A DNA stretch of 62,592 nt, counting the filler. It is 4 parts of 4 records of this genome, joined end to end, with 100 filler letters (N's around TTAATTAATTAA, not from the genome) between each part and the next. Parts side by side here need not be neighbours in the genome. Positions count along the whole stretch, not along the records: positions 1 to 23,657 come from SRR2962707_1411; positions 23,758 to 50,602 come from SRR2962707_1415; 2 more parts are not named here. One strand, given 5' to 3'. The first letter of the stretch is position 1; each line of letters starts with the position of its first letter. Positions 19,890 through 28,247 of the stretch are shown here, piece after piece. Under the pieces are notes generated by a model, which made no database searches, had not been told where the DNA came from, and saw only the letters and a program-made list of their open reading frames with translations. A program made the position numbers and the translations under genes.

Positions 19890-20651
19890 GTGACCTTTTC
19901 AATCATCGGTCGATGCGCCCGCACCGGCGCTTTCGGAGCCGCAATTACAACATCGGATCTGGCGGTCGGCGCCCGCTGTGTCAGGCTGGCCCATGGCAAG
20001 GGCGCGTTCCTGTCGCAACATCGCACCGATAGCCGCCTGGGCGATTTGGGCATATCTCTTTTGGCCGCTGGCAAGCGCGCCGACACCACAGTGTCCGAAG
20101 TATGCAATTCGACCAATGATATTGAATGGCGGCAGGTCGGCGCATTGGATGCTTTGGGCCACGCGTCGGTTTATCACGGCAGGCGCATGTATTCGATTTT
20201 CACCCACAGCATCGACAAAGACTGCCTCGCGCTCGGCAACATTCTGGCCAATGACCAAGTGACCCGGAACATGGCCGGTGCTTTTGTCGAAAACCCTGCC
20301 CTGCCGCTGGGCGAACGCCTGATGTGCGCGCTAGAGGCAGGCCGCGACGCTGGCGGAGAGATTAAAGGCCCGCTCCGCTCTGCCGCTGTGCGCGTCACCG
20401 GAGAGCACGGGATCGACGCGATGGACCTTCGTATTGATATGTCCGAAAAAACCGCGATAGAGGATCTGCGCGCCCTCGTCGATGCCTATGCCAACCGAGC
20501 CGAGATTTTACGAGAGGTTGCATTGGCCCCTGACGGCATCCCGGTGATGCGCAGCCTGTTTGAGGCCAGCATCGATCGGATCGAGGAATTGGGCCTTCAG
20601 GATCGTTTCCCGACTGCCCGAAACCGCGGCAACTGGACTCTCAGAGACTAG
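19890..20651 (+). CDS. DUF1028 family protein (Ntn-hydrolase-like), copy 2
   Basis: MTFSII (GTG start), AVGARC, SQHRTDSRL, WRQVG, LGNIL, EAGRDAGGE..P.RSAAV, DLRID. Confidence 0.85.
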   Translation: MTFSIIGRCARTGAFGAAITTSDLAVGARCVRLAHGKGAFLSQHRTDSRLGDLGISLLAAGKRADTTVSEVCNSTNDIEWRQVGALDALGHASVYHGRRMYSIFTHSIDKDCLALGNILANDQVTRNMAGAFVENPALPLGERLMCALEAGRDAGGEIKGPLRSAAVRVTGEHGIDAMDLRIDMSEKTAIEDLRALVDAYANRAEILREVALAPDGIPVMRSLFEASIDRIEELGLQDRFPTARNRGNWTLRD

Positions 20652-20655
20652 GGAA

Positions 20656-21939
20656 ATGCAAGCAGAGGACATTTTCTGGGAAAGCATCCCGACCTATAGC
20701 GTCGAAAAATCCGCCCTGCCCAAAAGGACGGATATCGCGGTTATCGGTGCCGGGTTTACCGGCCTGTCCGTTGCGCTGCACCTCGCCCGTGCGGGCCGTG
20801 ACGTGACCGTATTTGAAACCGGCGGCATCGGTGCAGGGGCCTCTTCGCGCAACGGCGGCATGGTTGGACCCAGCTTCCACAAGCTCGGCTCGGCAGGGCT
20901 ATTAGAGCGCTATGGCGAGGAAAAGACGCTTGCCATCCTGCAAGAAGGGCTGTTGTCGCTGGATTATTTCGAAAGCTTTGTGAAGCAGGAAAACCTTGAT
21001 TGTGACCTGCGAATGCATGGGCGGTTCAGGGGCGCACGTACAAATGCAGATTACGAAAGTACGGCGCGTGAATGTGACTGGCTCTGTAAAAATCTGGGCC
21101 TGCCGTTTGACATGGTGCCGCGTGCCGAACAGCGCAGCGAAATTGGCAGCGATTATTACGAAGGCGGCGTGGTCTACCACCGTGACGGCGGCATCCATCC
21201 CCGCAAACTGGTTTTGTCGCTTGCGCGGCTCGCCGTGGCGGCGGGTGTACGCATCATGACCCATTGCCCTGTCACCGCTGTGCGCAAGGCCGCGACGGAA
21301 ACAGAACTACAAACCCCAGATGGTATCGTCAAAGCCGCCGAGGTTGTCGTCGCCACCAATGCCTATTCTGATCGGGTTACCCGCGCCATGCACCGCCGCG
21401 TTGTGCAAATCCGTACCGCCGCCGTTACCACCCAAGAACTGCCGAGGGATGTCATGTCTGAACTCAGCCCCAAAGGCCGGACTTTTGGGGAATCTGGCCG
21501 CATTTTCATGTGGTTCAGACCAACCCCGGATGGCAAACGCTTTATCTTTGGCGGCAGAATTGGCCACCCGGGAGGTGACCCGGACACACAGCGCAAGGCT
21601 TTTGCCACCTCAGCCACCCGTGTATTCCCGCAACTGAAAGACGTCGTCTTCAGTCATGTTTGGTCTGGCGACGTCGCCTATACAACCGATCACAGCCCGC
21701 ATATCGGGTACGAGGATGGCGTCTGGCTCGCGGGCGGATACTGCGGTTCTGGCGTGACGCGCAGCCTTTATTTCGGGATGAAACTGGCCCGCAAAATCTT
21801 GAAACAACCAGACGCAGACACCGCGTTTGACGACCTGACATTTGCGCCGGTTCCGTTCAAACCAATCTCCGGCCATGTGGCTGGCCTTATGACAAGATGG
21901 TATGCGTATCAGGACGCGCGTGACTTGCAGAAACGATAG
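20656..21939 (+). CDS. FAD-dependent oxidoreductase, DAO family (PuuB/OrdL-like)
   Basis: VIGAGFTGLS, GASSRNGG, VVATNAY, FGGR, GYCGSGV. Confidence 0.88.
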   Translation: MQAEDIFWESIPTYSVEKSALPKRTDIAVIGAGFTGLSVALHLARAGRDVTVFETGGIGAGASSRNGGMVGPSFHKLGSAGLLERYGEEKTLAILQEGLLSLDYFESFVKQENLDCDLRMHGRFRGARTNADYESTARECDWLCKNLGLPFDMVPRAEQRSEIGSDYYEGGVVYHRDGGIHPRKLVLSLARLAVAAGVRIMTHCPVTAVRKAATETELQTPDGIVKAAEVVVATNAYSDRVTRAMHRRVVQIRTAAVTTQELPRDVMSELSPKGRTFGESGRIFMWFRPTPDGKRFIFGGRIGHPGGDPDTQRKAFATSATRVFPQLKDVVFSHVWSGDVAYTTDHSPHIGYEDGVWLAGGYCGSGVTRSLYFGMKLARKILKQPDADTAFDDLTFAPVPFKPISGHVAGLMTRWYAYQDARDLQKR

Positions 21940-21977
21940 ACGCAGCTGCACCGCATTTTCTATGAAGGGAAACGACG

Positions 21978-23426
21978 ATGGAATTTGATACGGTTATCCA
22001 CGATGGCACAGTGGTCACCGCGGCCGACACGTTCAAAGCGGATATTGGCATAACTGATGGCCGTATCTCTGCCATGGCGCAGCGCCTTTCGGGCGGGACC
22101 AAACGGATCGACGCAGGCGGGCGGCTGGTCTTGCCTGGCGGGATAGAGGCACATGCCCATATCGCACAGGAAAGTTCATCCGGCGTGATGTCAGCGGATG
22201 ACTATCTTAGCGGTTCAATCTCGGCGGCTTTTGGCGGCAATTCGTCCTTCATCCCCTTTGCGGCGCAACATCGCGGGCAATCCATTGATGACGTGATTTC
22301 CACATATGACGCACGCGGCGCGCGATCCGTGATCGACTACAGCTATCACCTCATCATTTCGGACCCAACGCCCGAGGTTTTGCACGATCAACTGCCCCGC
22401 GCCTTTGCCCGTGGCATCACGTCGTTCAAGGTGTTCATGACCTATGACCTGATGAATATCGGTGATGGCGGCATGCTGGATATCCTCACAGTCGCGCGCA
22501 AACACGGTGCCATAACGATGGTCCACGCAGAAAACAACGACATGGTCAAATGGATGAACAAGCGGCTGGCCGATGCCGGCCTGACCGCGCCCAAATACCA
22601 CGCCATTTCCCGCCCCGAATTAGCCGAGGAAGAGGCGATCAACCGCGCGATTTCATTGGCCAAGCTGGTCGATGCACCGTTGTTTATCGTCCATGTCTCT
22701 ACTGCCGGTGGCGCACAGATCGTGCAGCGTGAAATTCTGGCTGGCACGCGCCTTTTTGCGGAAACCTGCCCGCAATATTTGGCCCTGACACGGTATGATC
22801 TGGACCGCCTGGGTACAGAGGGTGCAAAATTCATCTGCTCGCCCCCCCTGCGGGATGCTGCAACACAAAACGCGCTGTGGCAGCATGTCCGTTCTGGCAC
22901 CTTCGCCTCGGTCAGCTCGGATCACGCACCCTATCGATATGATAAAACAGGGAAATTCCTAAACGGGGCCGATGCGCCCTATCCGAAAATCAGCAATGGC
23001 ATGCCCGGCATTGCCATGCGGCTACCCTATCTGTTTTCAGAGGGCGTTGTAAAAGGTCGGATTTCTTTGCAGCAATTTGTTGGCTTGTCCTCTACCAACG
23101 CCGCGCAAGTGTTTGGCATGCCTCAAAAAGGCAGCATCGCGCCTGGCATGGACGCCGATATCGCGATTTGGGACCCCGAAACCACCCGCAAAATCACGCT
23201 GGCCGATCAGCATGACAACATGGATTACACTCCGTTCGAGGGTATGGAGTTGACGGGCCTGCCTGAAACCGTTCTGAACCGGGGGGCGGTCATCACCCAT
23301 AAAGGAAAGCTCGAGGCGCAAGAGGGTCAAGGAAACTTTATCGCCCGCGCCCCAATGGATCTGACCGGGCCGGGCTACACCGCAAAAGAGCGCGATGTTT
23401 CTCTCAATTTTGGTGTGAACGTCTGA
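21978..23426 (+). CDS. hydA: Dihydropyrimidinase / D-hydantoinase
   Basis: PGGIEAHAH, SFKVFMTY (carboxy-Lys), VHAEN, IVHVS, ETCPQY, CSPPLR, SSDHAP, DYTPFEG. Confidence 0.92.
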   Translation: MEFDTVIHDGTVVTAADTFKADIGITDGRISAMAQRLSGGTKRIDAGGRLVLPGGIEAHAHIAQESSSGVMSADDYLSGSISAAFGGNSSFIPFAAQHRGQSIDDVISTYDARGARSVIDYSYHLIISDPTPEVLHDQLPRAFARGITSFKVFMTYDLMNIGDGGMLDILTVARKHGAITMVHAENNDMVKWMNKRLADAGLTAPKYHAISRPELAEEEAINRAISLAKLVDAPLFIVHVSTAGGAQIVQREILAGTRLFAETCPQYLALTRYDLDRLGTEGAKFICSPPLRDAATQNALWQHVRSGTFASVSSDHAPYRYDKTGKFLNGADAPYPKISNGMPGIAMRLPYLFSEGVVKGRISLQQFVGLSSTNAAQVFGMPQKGSIAPGMDADIAIWDPETTRKITLADQHDNMDYTPFEGMELTGLPETVLNRGAVITHKGKLEAQEGQGNFIARAPMDLTGPGYTAKERDVSLNFGVNV

Positions 23427-23627
23427 CGGGTGCAATTGGCTTGGACCTGAATTGCAGGCTTCGATAACTGAGCCGTGCCAGGCAAGCGGTTTTGCCACAC
23501 AAAACTGGCCATTGGTGTTCAGTTCTCTCCCAGTTTTGTTTGATCCGTCCCGCTGAGTGTGGAGCGGCATTCGCGTAATGAGTTGAACAGCCGTGGCAAA
23601 AATTTCCAACCGCCCGTTCGAAGGCGC

Positions 23628-23657
23628 GGTAATCGCCCCTTTTTAATGGGGTCCAGC
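23628..23657 (+). mobile_element. Left terminal inverted repeat of an IS3-family element (truncated by contig end)
   Basis: GGTAATCGCCCCTTTTTAATGGGGTCCA closely matches the reverse complement of the IS end at 156-184 (GGTAATCCCCCCATTTTTAAGGGGGTGCA). Confidence 0.75.
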
Positions 23658-23757
23658 NNNNNNNNNNNNNNNNNNNNNNNNNNNNNNNNNNNNNNNNNNN
23701 NTTAATTAATTAANNNNNNNNNNNNNNNNNNNNNNNNNNNNNNNNNNNNNNNNNNNN
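23658..23757. other. Artificial contig-join spacer
   Basis: 44 N + TTAATTAATTAA (stops in all six frames) + 44 N. Confidence 0.98.
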
Positions 23758-23820
23758 TTTGTAGATGCTGCGAAGGCTTAGGGTGCGAGAAGCCGCTGAA
23801 AGGAGAAAGTGCTGCGCCAT
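23758..23820 (-). CDS. IS1595-family transposase, 5' fragment (truncated by contig edge)
   Basis: Reverse strand reads MAQHFLLSAASRTLSLRSIYK, a characteristic alphaproteobacterial IS1595 N-terminus. Confidence 0.75.
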
Positions 23821-23923
23821 TTTATACTATATCCGTTGATTATATATTAAATATAGTATGGTGACATACTGAATGCAATAGGCTATATATCGGATACGTT
23901 AGTTTTTACATCAAAGGTGACAT

Positions 23924-24148
23924 ATGCCAAGCCAAACAGAATGGGAGAGCATGGCCGCAAACCTGCTCAAGTCAGAGTTGAAACGTAAGGGGGTGACTTA
24001 CGCCCAACTTGTTGAAAAGCTGGACGCTATTGGAATCAGTGAGAAAGAGGTGAACGTCGCCAATAAGCTGTCCCGTGGGAAGTTTTCAGCGGCGTTTATG
24101 TTGCAATGTCTAAAAGCGATTGGATCAAACCACTTATATTTGGAATAA
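23924..24148 (+). CDS. DUF6471 domain small DNA-binding-like protein
   Basis: W...A.NLLKSELKRKGVTYAQLVEKL..IGI.E...NVANKLSRGKFSAAFMLQCL; a family commonly found beside IS1595 transposases. Confidence 0.8.
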   Translation: MPSQTEWESMAANLLKSELKRKGVTYAQLVEKLDAIGISEKEVNVANKLSRGKFSAAFMLQCLKAIGSNHLYLE

Positions 24149-25017
24149 CGTCTATTGCTCTCATTGCCCTTTGGGCAGCGTATTACGTTGGGTCAGAGAT
24201 TGGTAAAGCCCGTGGAGAACGCAATTATCACTCCGCTAGCTATGAGCAACATGCCCGTGACGAGATACGCGACACCTGCCTCACGGGTGAGGGTGTTGAT
24301 ATTGCGGAATGCGTATCCAAAGTAATACAGGCCACAAATGAGAACACACGCGCCGAAGATGACCGCATAGCTCAATCGGAAATGGCTCGTTGGGCGGCTT
24401 ATATGCTTGTAGCCACTGTAATAATGGCCGTAATCACTGGGGCTGGTGTTGTACTGGTCTGGTTGACTTTGCGATCTACCGCTGATGGCTTGGACATCAT
24501 GCGCGACGAACAAAGGCCGCTTATCAGCCCTAAACTTTGCAGGGTGGAGGCCTCGAACGGCAGGGGGCGGCATGTATACTTTGAGTGGGAAAATCTTGGC
24601 AATGGCCCTGCGAGGGTCGTCTCTATGGGGCAAATGAAATCTAATTTTTTCAACACCATAGGGGTAGAAGGGTTTAAAGATACACACAACAACAAGATCA
24701 GCATGAATGTTACTTCCAAGATCATACCAACGGGAAAGTGCTTTGATCACAACGTCAGCTTGATTATGCACGAATACTTCGAGGTCGCCAATAACACTAA
24801 CATGATGGGTGAAGTATTCATTTTCTTTAAAATCGAATATCAATCTCTGTTTTTCCCGAGCAAAACCTTTAGCACTAGTGGGATTGTACAGTTTTTCCCA
24901 ATCATCTTTAGTGCGGAAGGGGTCAAGGTCAGAATTGCGGGTAATGTCCTCCCAAGACAATCTGACGTAGTTGATTACGTCGGCGTCATAATTGAACGAG
25001 AAACCACTTATGATTAA
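24106..25017 (+). CDS. Hypothetical membrane protein (two TM segments plus C-terminal beta-rich domain)
   Basis: 303-aa ORF; N-terminal hydrophobic helix; IAQSEMARWA..ML..T motif before the second TM; WENLGNGPA. Confidence 0.65.
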   Translation: MSKSDWIKPLIFGITSIALIALWAAYYVGSEIGKARGERNYHSASYEQHARDEIRDTCLTGEGVDIAECVSKVIQATNENTRAEDDRIAQSEMARWAAYMLVATVIMAVITGAGVVLVWLTLRSTADGLDIMRDEQRPLISPKLCRVEASNGRGRHVYFEWENLGNGPARVVSMGQMKSNFFNTIGVEGFKDTHNNKISMNVTSKIIPTGKCFDHNVSLIMHEYFEVANNTNMMGEVFIFFKIEYQSLFFPSKTFSTSGIVQFFPIIFSAEGVKVRIAGNVLPRQSDVVDYVGVIIERETTYD

Positions 25018-25081
25018 GAAGATTAGAGCCTTAATCACTTACACACCCCGCTTGGTGCGCTTGATACATAAGGCCGGGAAA

Positions 25082-25175
25082 GTCCGCATAGCCGACATCG
25101 GCGCAGTCGGCAGCTAACGGCCGTTTGGAGCCCATTCAAACCGGATGCTGCGCTATGCACGAATGTCCGTTACCT
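25082..25175. repeat. Rhodobacteraceae-type interspersed repeat, copy A
   Basis: GTCCGCATAGCCGACATCGGCGCAG ... GATGCTGCGCTATGCACGAATGTCCG. Confidence 0.5.
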
Positions 25176-25345
25176 TGAGAACGATCTAAAACCTTCAGCA
25201 ACCACTCGGATTTTGAACGAGGTTTTTGGCAGCGTAGACTGGGGTGGTTTGGGCCTGTGCCACAAACGAGGTTTTTTGGAACAGGCATCTAAACAAATGA
25301 CCGTGTTAATCGCGCGTCGAAGATCATAAAAAAAACCGCAGTGAA

Positions 25346-25774
25346 TTACTGCGTTTGACTGCGGACTACATTTTGTAGGATTCCGATGAAGGCGAGGGAG
25401 GCAAGGTAGAACACCGGAAAGATAACCCCATTGGGAACGTCTGATAGACCTTTGCCGAGCAAGTGAATGACTACCACGGGGAAGAAGAAAAAGATGACAA
25501 TTGCGCCTTGGAAGTAAGCTGTAGCTTTCTCAATCTTGGGTGACGATGGAAATGCAACCTGTCTATTTGCGGGGCTGTTGAAGATAAGGCGTTCCTTATT
25601 CTGGTTCATGTAGCGCAGAATAAACACTGAACCGACTATAAAAATCAGAAAGACGGTCAACTGAAGGCCAAGTGTGGTCGAACCCAAAAGAACAATGGTC
25701 ATTAGAGCGGTCAAACCATGAATCCATAAGGCAATAGAGATCCCAAACTTGCCTCGAAGCGATAAGATGAACAT
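25346..25774 (-). CDS. Hypothetical four-TM membrane protein
   Basis: 142-aa AT-rich ORF with an AGGGG RBS and four hydrophobic segments. Confidence 0.65.
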   Translation of the reverse strand: MFILSLRGKFGISIALWIHGLTALMTIVLLGSTTLGLQLTVFLIFIVGSVFILRYMNQNKERLIFNSPANRQVAFPSSPKIEKATAYFQGAIVIFFFFPVVVIHLLGKGLSDVPNGVIFPVFYLASLAFIGILQNVVRSQTQ

Positions 25775-25894
25775 CCAGATTTATCCCCTTTCACGTAGTT
25801 TCGTAATGTAATGTTACGCTATGCACAAATCGGTCTGCGAGAACTCCGAGCGAACAGTAACACCCTCCCAAAAACGACCGTTTGCTGAACGGCT

Positions 25895-25962
25895 CGCCAA
25901 ACCGGACATTGAACCACGCGCAGCGGAAGTCCGGTTTGTCCGCATACCGGACATCGATGCAG
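25895..25962. repeat. Rhodobacteraceae-type interspersed repeat, copy B
   Basis: ...CGCAGCGGAAGTCCGGTTT followed by GTCCGCATACCGGACATCGATGCAG, 21/25 identical to 25082-25106. Confidence 0.5.
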
Positions 25963-26261
25963 ACGGTCCCGTGTTTTTCATGAGCCAGCGCTTATTAGGC
26001 AGCGGCCTCCAGAAACTTCATTCCTAATGCTACTTTAGACGCTCGCCTGCTTTCACGAGGGGATTTTTTGCCGCGATCCGGCTCCTAAACGCCGCCACAG
26101 CCTTGCAAAAATATCCATAAGTATTTCTGCCTTTAAGCATTAATATAATTAGTTTTACACATGATAACCACATGGTCATAAAGCTGTACACCCTCAAAAG
26201 AGGCGTAAAATGCTGGGGGGCCCTCGTGGAAACAATGGAAAACGAACAGGAGCAAACGAAC

Positions 26262-26705
26262 ATGAATGCCCTTCCTTCACATCCCGAAGATGCAGCGGAA
26301 AGTGCTCTTGTTCACGTCCTGACGTCTCCCTGGAGCGATTCCACCATTGGTTACCGCGTTGGGGGCTTTAACCCCGGGCCCAACGTTCTTGTGGAATGTC
26401 ACGACCCGGACGCGTCTTTGGTTTACGAGCGCCTCTTGAGATTGCCGACGCTTGCTTGGATGCGGGGTACTCTGAGCCTCGTATTCCGAGAGGTTATCGA
26501 GCGCGAAGGCCTGGAAGAGTGCGTTGCGGAGTTGATCGGATCCAAGCCAGACGAGCTGGTATCCCTGCCAAGTGATCTTGACGGAAAGCACCAAACCGAA
26601 ACGGCCATAGAAGGCTATTGGACGGTGTTACGGGCTTGCAAGGCATTGGGCATGATCGAAGGACGAGGCGTTCAGCGGCCCGCCGTTGAGATCGGGAAAA
26701 GTTAG
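26262..26705 (+). CDS. Hypothetical protein, degenerate AstE/AspA (M14-like) homologue lacking the catalytic motifs
   Basis: AGGAG RBS; GPNVLV...ERLLRLPTLAWMRGTLSLV and G...LRACKALGM align with the 29638-30681 protein. Confidence 0.65.
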   Translation: MNALPSHPEDAAESALVHVLTSPWSDSTIGYRVGGFNPGPNVLVECHDPDASLVYERLLRLPTLAWMRGTLSLVFREVIEREGLEECVAELIGSKPDELVSLPSDLDGKHQTETAIEGYWTVLRACKALGMIEGRGVQRPAVEIGKS

Positions 26706-26873
26706 ACGTTATCCGTCCGACACACCTGATTTCGACCACCACCGTGAGACAGCCGTGCCGCCCAACCTACCGTGGACGATTCGCAGCGCAGACCCGCTGA
26801 TTTCGCAAAAATTAATGCCGTGAAGACTGATGTCGAAGCACCCGACGGTGCATCCGGCCTGAGGAGATTTCAA

Positions 26874-28247
26874 ATGAACCAACACGTCACATCCGTCGAA
26901 GCCGATATCGACCTTTCCGAAGAGTTGGGGCTGGCAATTGCAGCAAACGACGCAGACCGCCTGGATGCGCTGTTCGAACCCCTGCCCTTGTCTGAAGCGC
27001 TACGTGAGCTTCTAGAGCTTTCTGTCCCGGATCGGCGGACAGTCCTGACGCTCGTATCAAGCGAGCTGGCCGCCGAGCTTGTCGAGGAAGCACCGCACGA
27101 GATGGGTGCCGACCTGATGGAAGGGCTTGAGACGTCTCGCGCCGTGGAAATCATGGACGAGATGGATTCGGATGTGCAGGCCGATCTGATCGGCGACATG
27201 GAAGACGCCGAGGCCGAAGCAATCCTTGCCCAAATGGACGCCGAGGATGCCGCTGATGTGCGCCGTCTGTCGGAATACGCCGACGACACGGCTGGTGGTT
27301 TGATGATGTCCGAGGTGTTCGAGTGTACGAACACGATGACCGTCAGCGATGTTATTCGGGTTCTTGCCAAAGACGATGACGACGTTGACCGCTATCGTGG
27401 CCAGCATCCCTATATCGTTGATGAAAACGGCGTGCTGGTAGGTGTCGTGTCATTGCGGGGCCTTTTGGCAACCAAACGTGCAGCACTTTTGACAACGATT
27501 ATGGTCGAACCCATGTCGGTGCAGGTAGACACTGCACTATCCGATCTCGATGATATCTTTGATAAATACGACTTCTTGGGTGTGCCGGTTGTCGATGGTG
27601 ACGGCAAACTGCTTGGCGTTGTGTCGCGCGATGCCGTGTCACAAGCGTTGTTGGAACGCGCCGAAAGCGAAAACCTGAAACTGCAAGGTGTGGTTGGGGA
27701 TGAATTGCGTTCCATGCCAACATGGTTGCGGTCGCGGCGCCGGTTGGCGTGGCTGTCGGCAAACATTGTTCTCAACATCGTGGCAGCATCGGTCATCTCG
27801 GCCTACGAAGAGACACTTGTTGCTGTGATCGCTATCGCTGTGTTCCTGCCGATGGTGTCCGATATGTCCGGCTGCTCGGGCAACCAGGCGGTTGGTGTGA
27901 CCATGCGAGAATTGAGCCTAGGTTTGGTCCGCCCCAAGGATGCATTCAAAGTTTGGCTGAAAGAAATCAGCGTGGGCGTCGTCAATGGCATCGCGCTTGG
28001 TGTTCTGATTGGCATCGTTGCATGGGTCTGGAAGGGCAGCCCTGCACTTGGCTTTGTGATCGGCGCAGCATTGGCTCTTAATACCATGCTGGCAGTGTCA
28101 ATCGGTGGCGTCGTTCCGTTGCTGTTGAAACGCCTTGGTCAAGACCCGGCAGTCGCCAGCGGCCCGCTGCTTACTACCGTGACAGACATGGCGGGCTTCT
28201 TCTTTGTCCTAAGCTTGGCCACACTTATGATGCCGTGGCTGGTTTGA
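26874..28247 (+). CDS. mgtE: Magnesium transporter MgtE
   Basis: Acidic N-domain, DTAGGLM, two CBS domains, RRRLAWL, PMVSDMSGCSGNQA, DPAVASGPLLTTVTD. Confidence 0.93.
   Translation: MNQHVTSVEADIDLSEELGLAIAANDADRLDALFEPLPLSEALRELLELSVPDRRTVLTLVSSELAAELVEEAPHEMGADLMEGLETSRAVEIMDEMDSDVQADLIGDMEDAEAEAILAQMDAEDAADVRRLSEYADDTAGGLMMSEVFECTNTMTVSDVIRVLAKDDDDVDRYRGQHPYIVDENGVLVGVVSLRGLLATKRAALLTTIMVEPMSVQVDTALSDLDDIFDKYDFLGVPVVDGDGKLLGVVSRDAVSQALLERAESENLKLQGVVGDELRSMPTWLRSRRRLAWLSANIVLNIVAASVISAYEETLVAVIAIAVFLPMVSDMSGCSGNQAVGVTMRELSLGLVRPKDAFKVWLKEISVGVVNGIALGVLIGIVAWVWKGSPALGFVIGAALALNTMLAVSIGGVVPLLLKRLGQDPAVASGPLLTTVTDMAGFFFVLSLATLMMPWLV

Larger units (their letters stand above)
23758..25076 (-). 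mobile_element. IS1595-family element segment with passenger genes, ending in a terminal inverted repeat
   Basis: Transposase start, divergent DUF6471 gene and AT-rich ORF, then ...TTGGTGCGCTTGATACATAAGGCC (reverse complement GGCCTTATGTATCAAG..., an IS1595-like terminus). Confidence 0.6.

Noticed and set aside
23702-23713. TTAATTAATTAA motif repeated three times (also 50647-50658 and 57108-57119)
   Set aside because: Artificial six-frame-stop linker inside N spacers, not a biological repeat.
24193-25038. 281-aa ORF antisense to the IS passenger gene
   Set aside because: Codon-aligned with the sense ORF, so it stays open simply because TTA, CTA and TCA are avoided; no RBS or motif.
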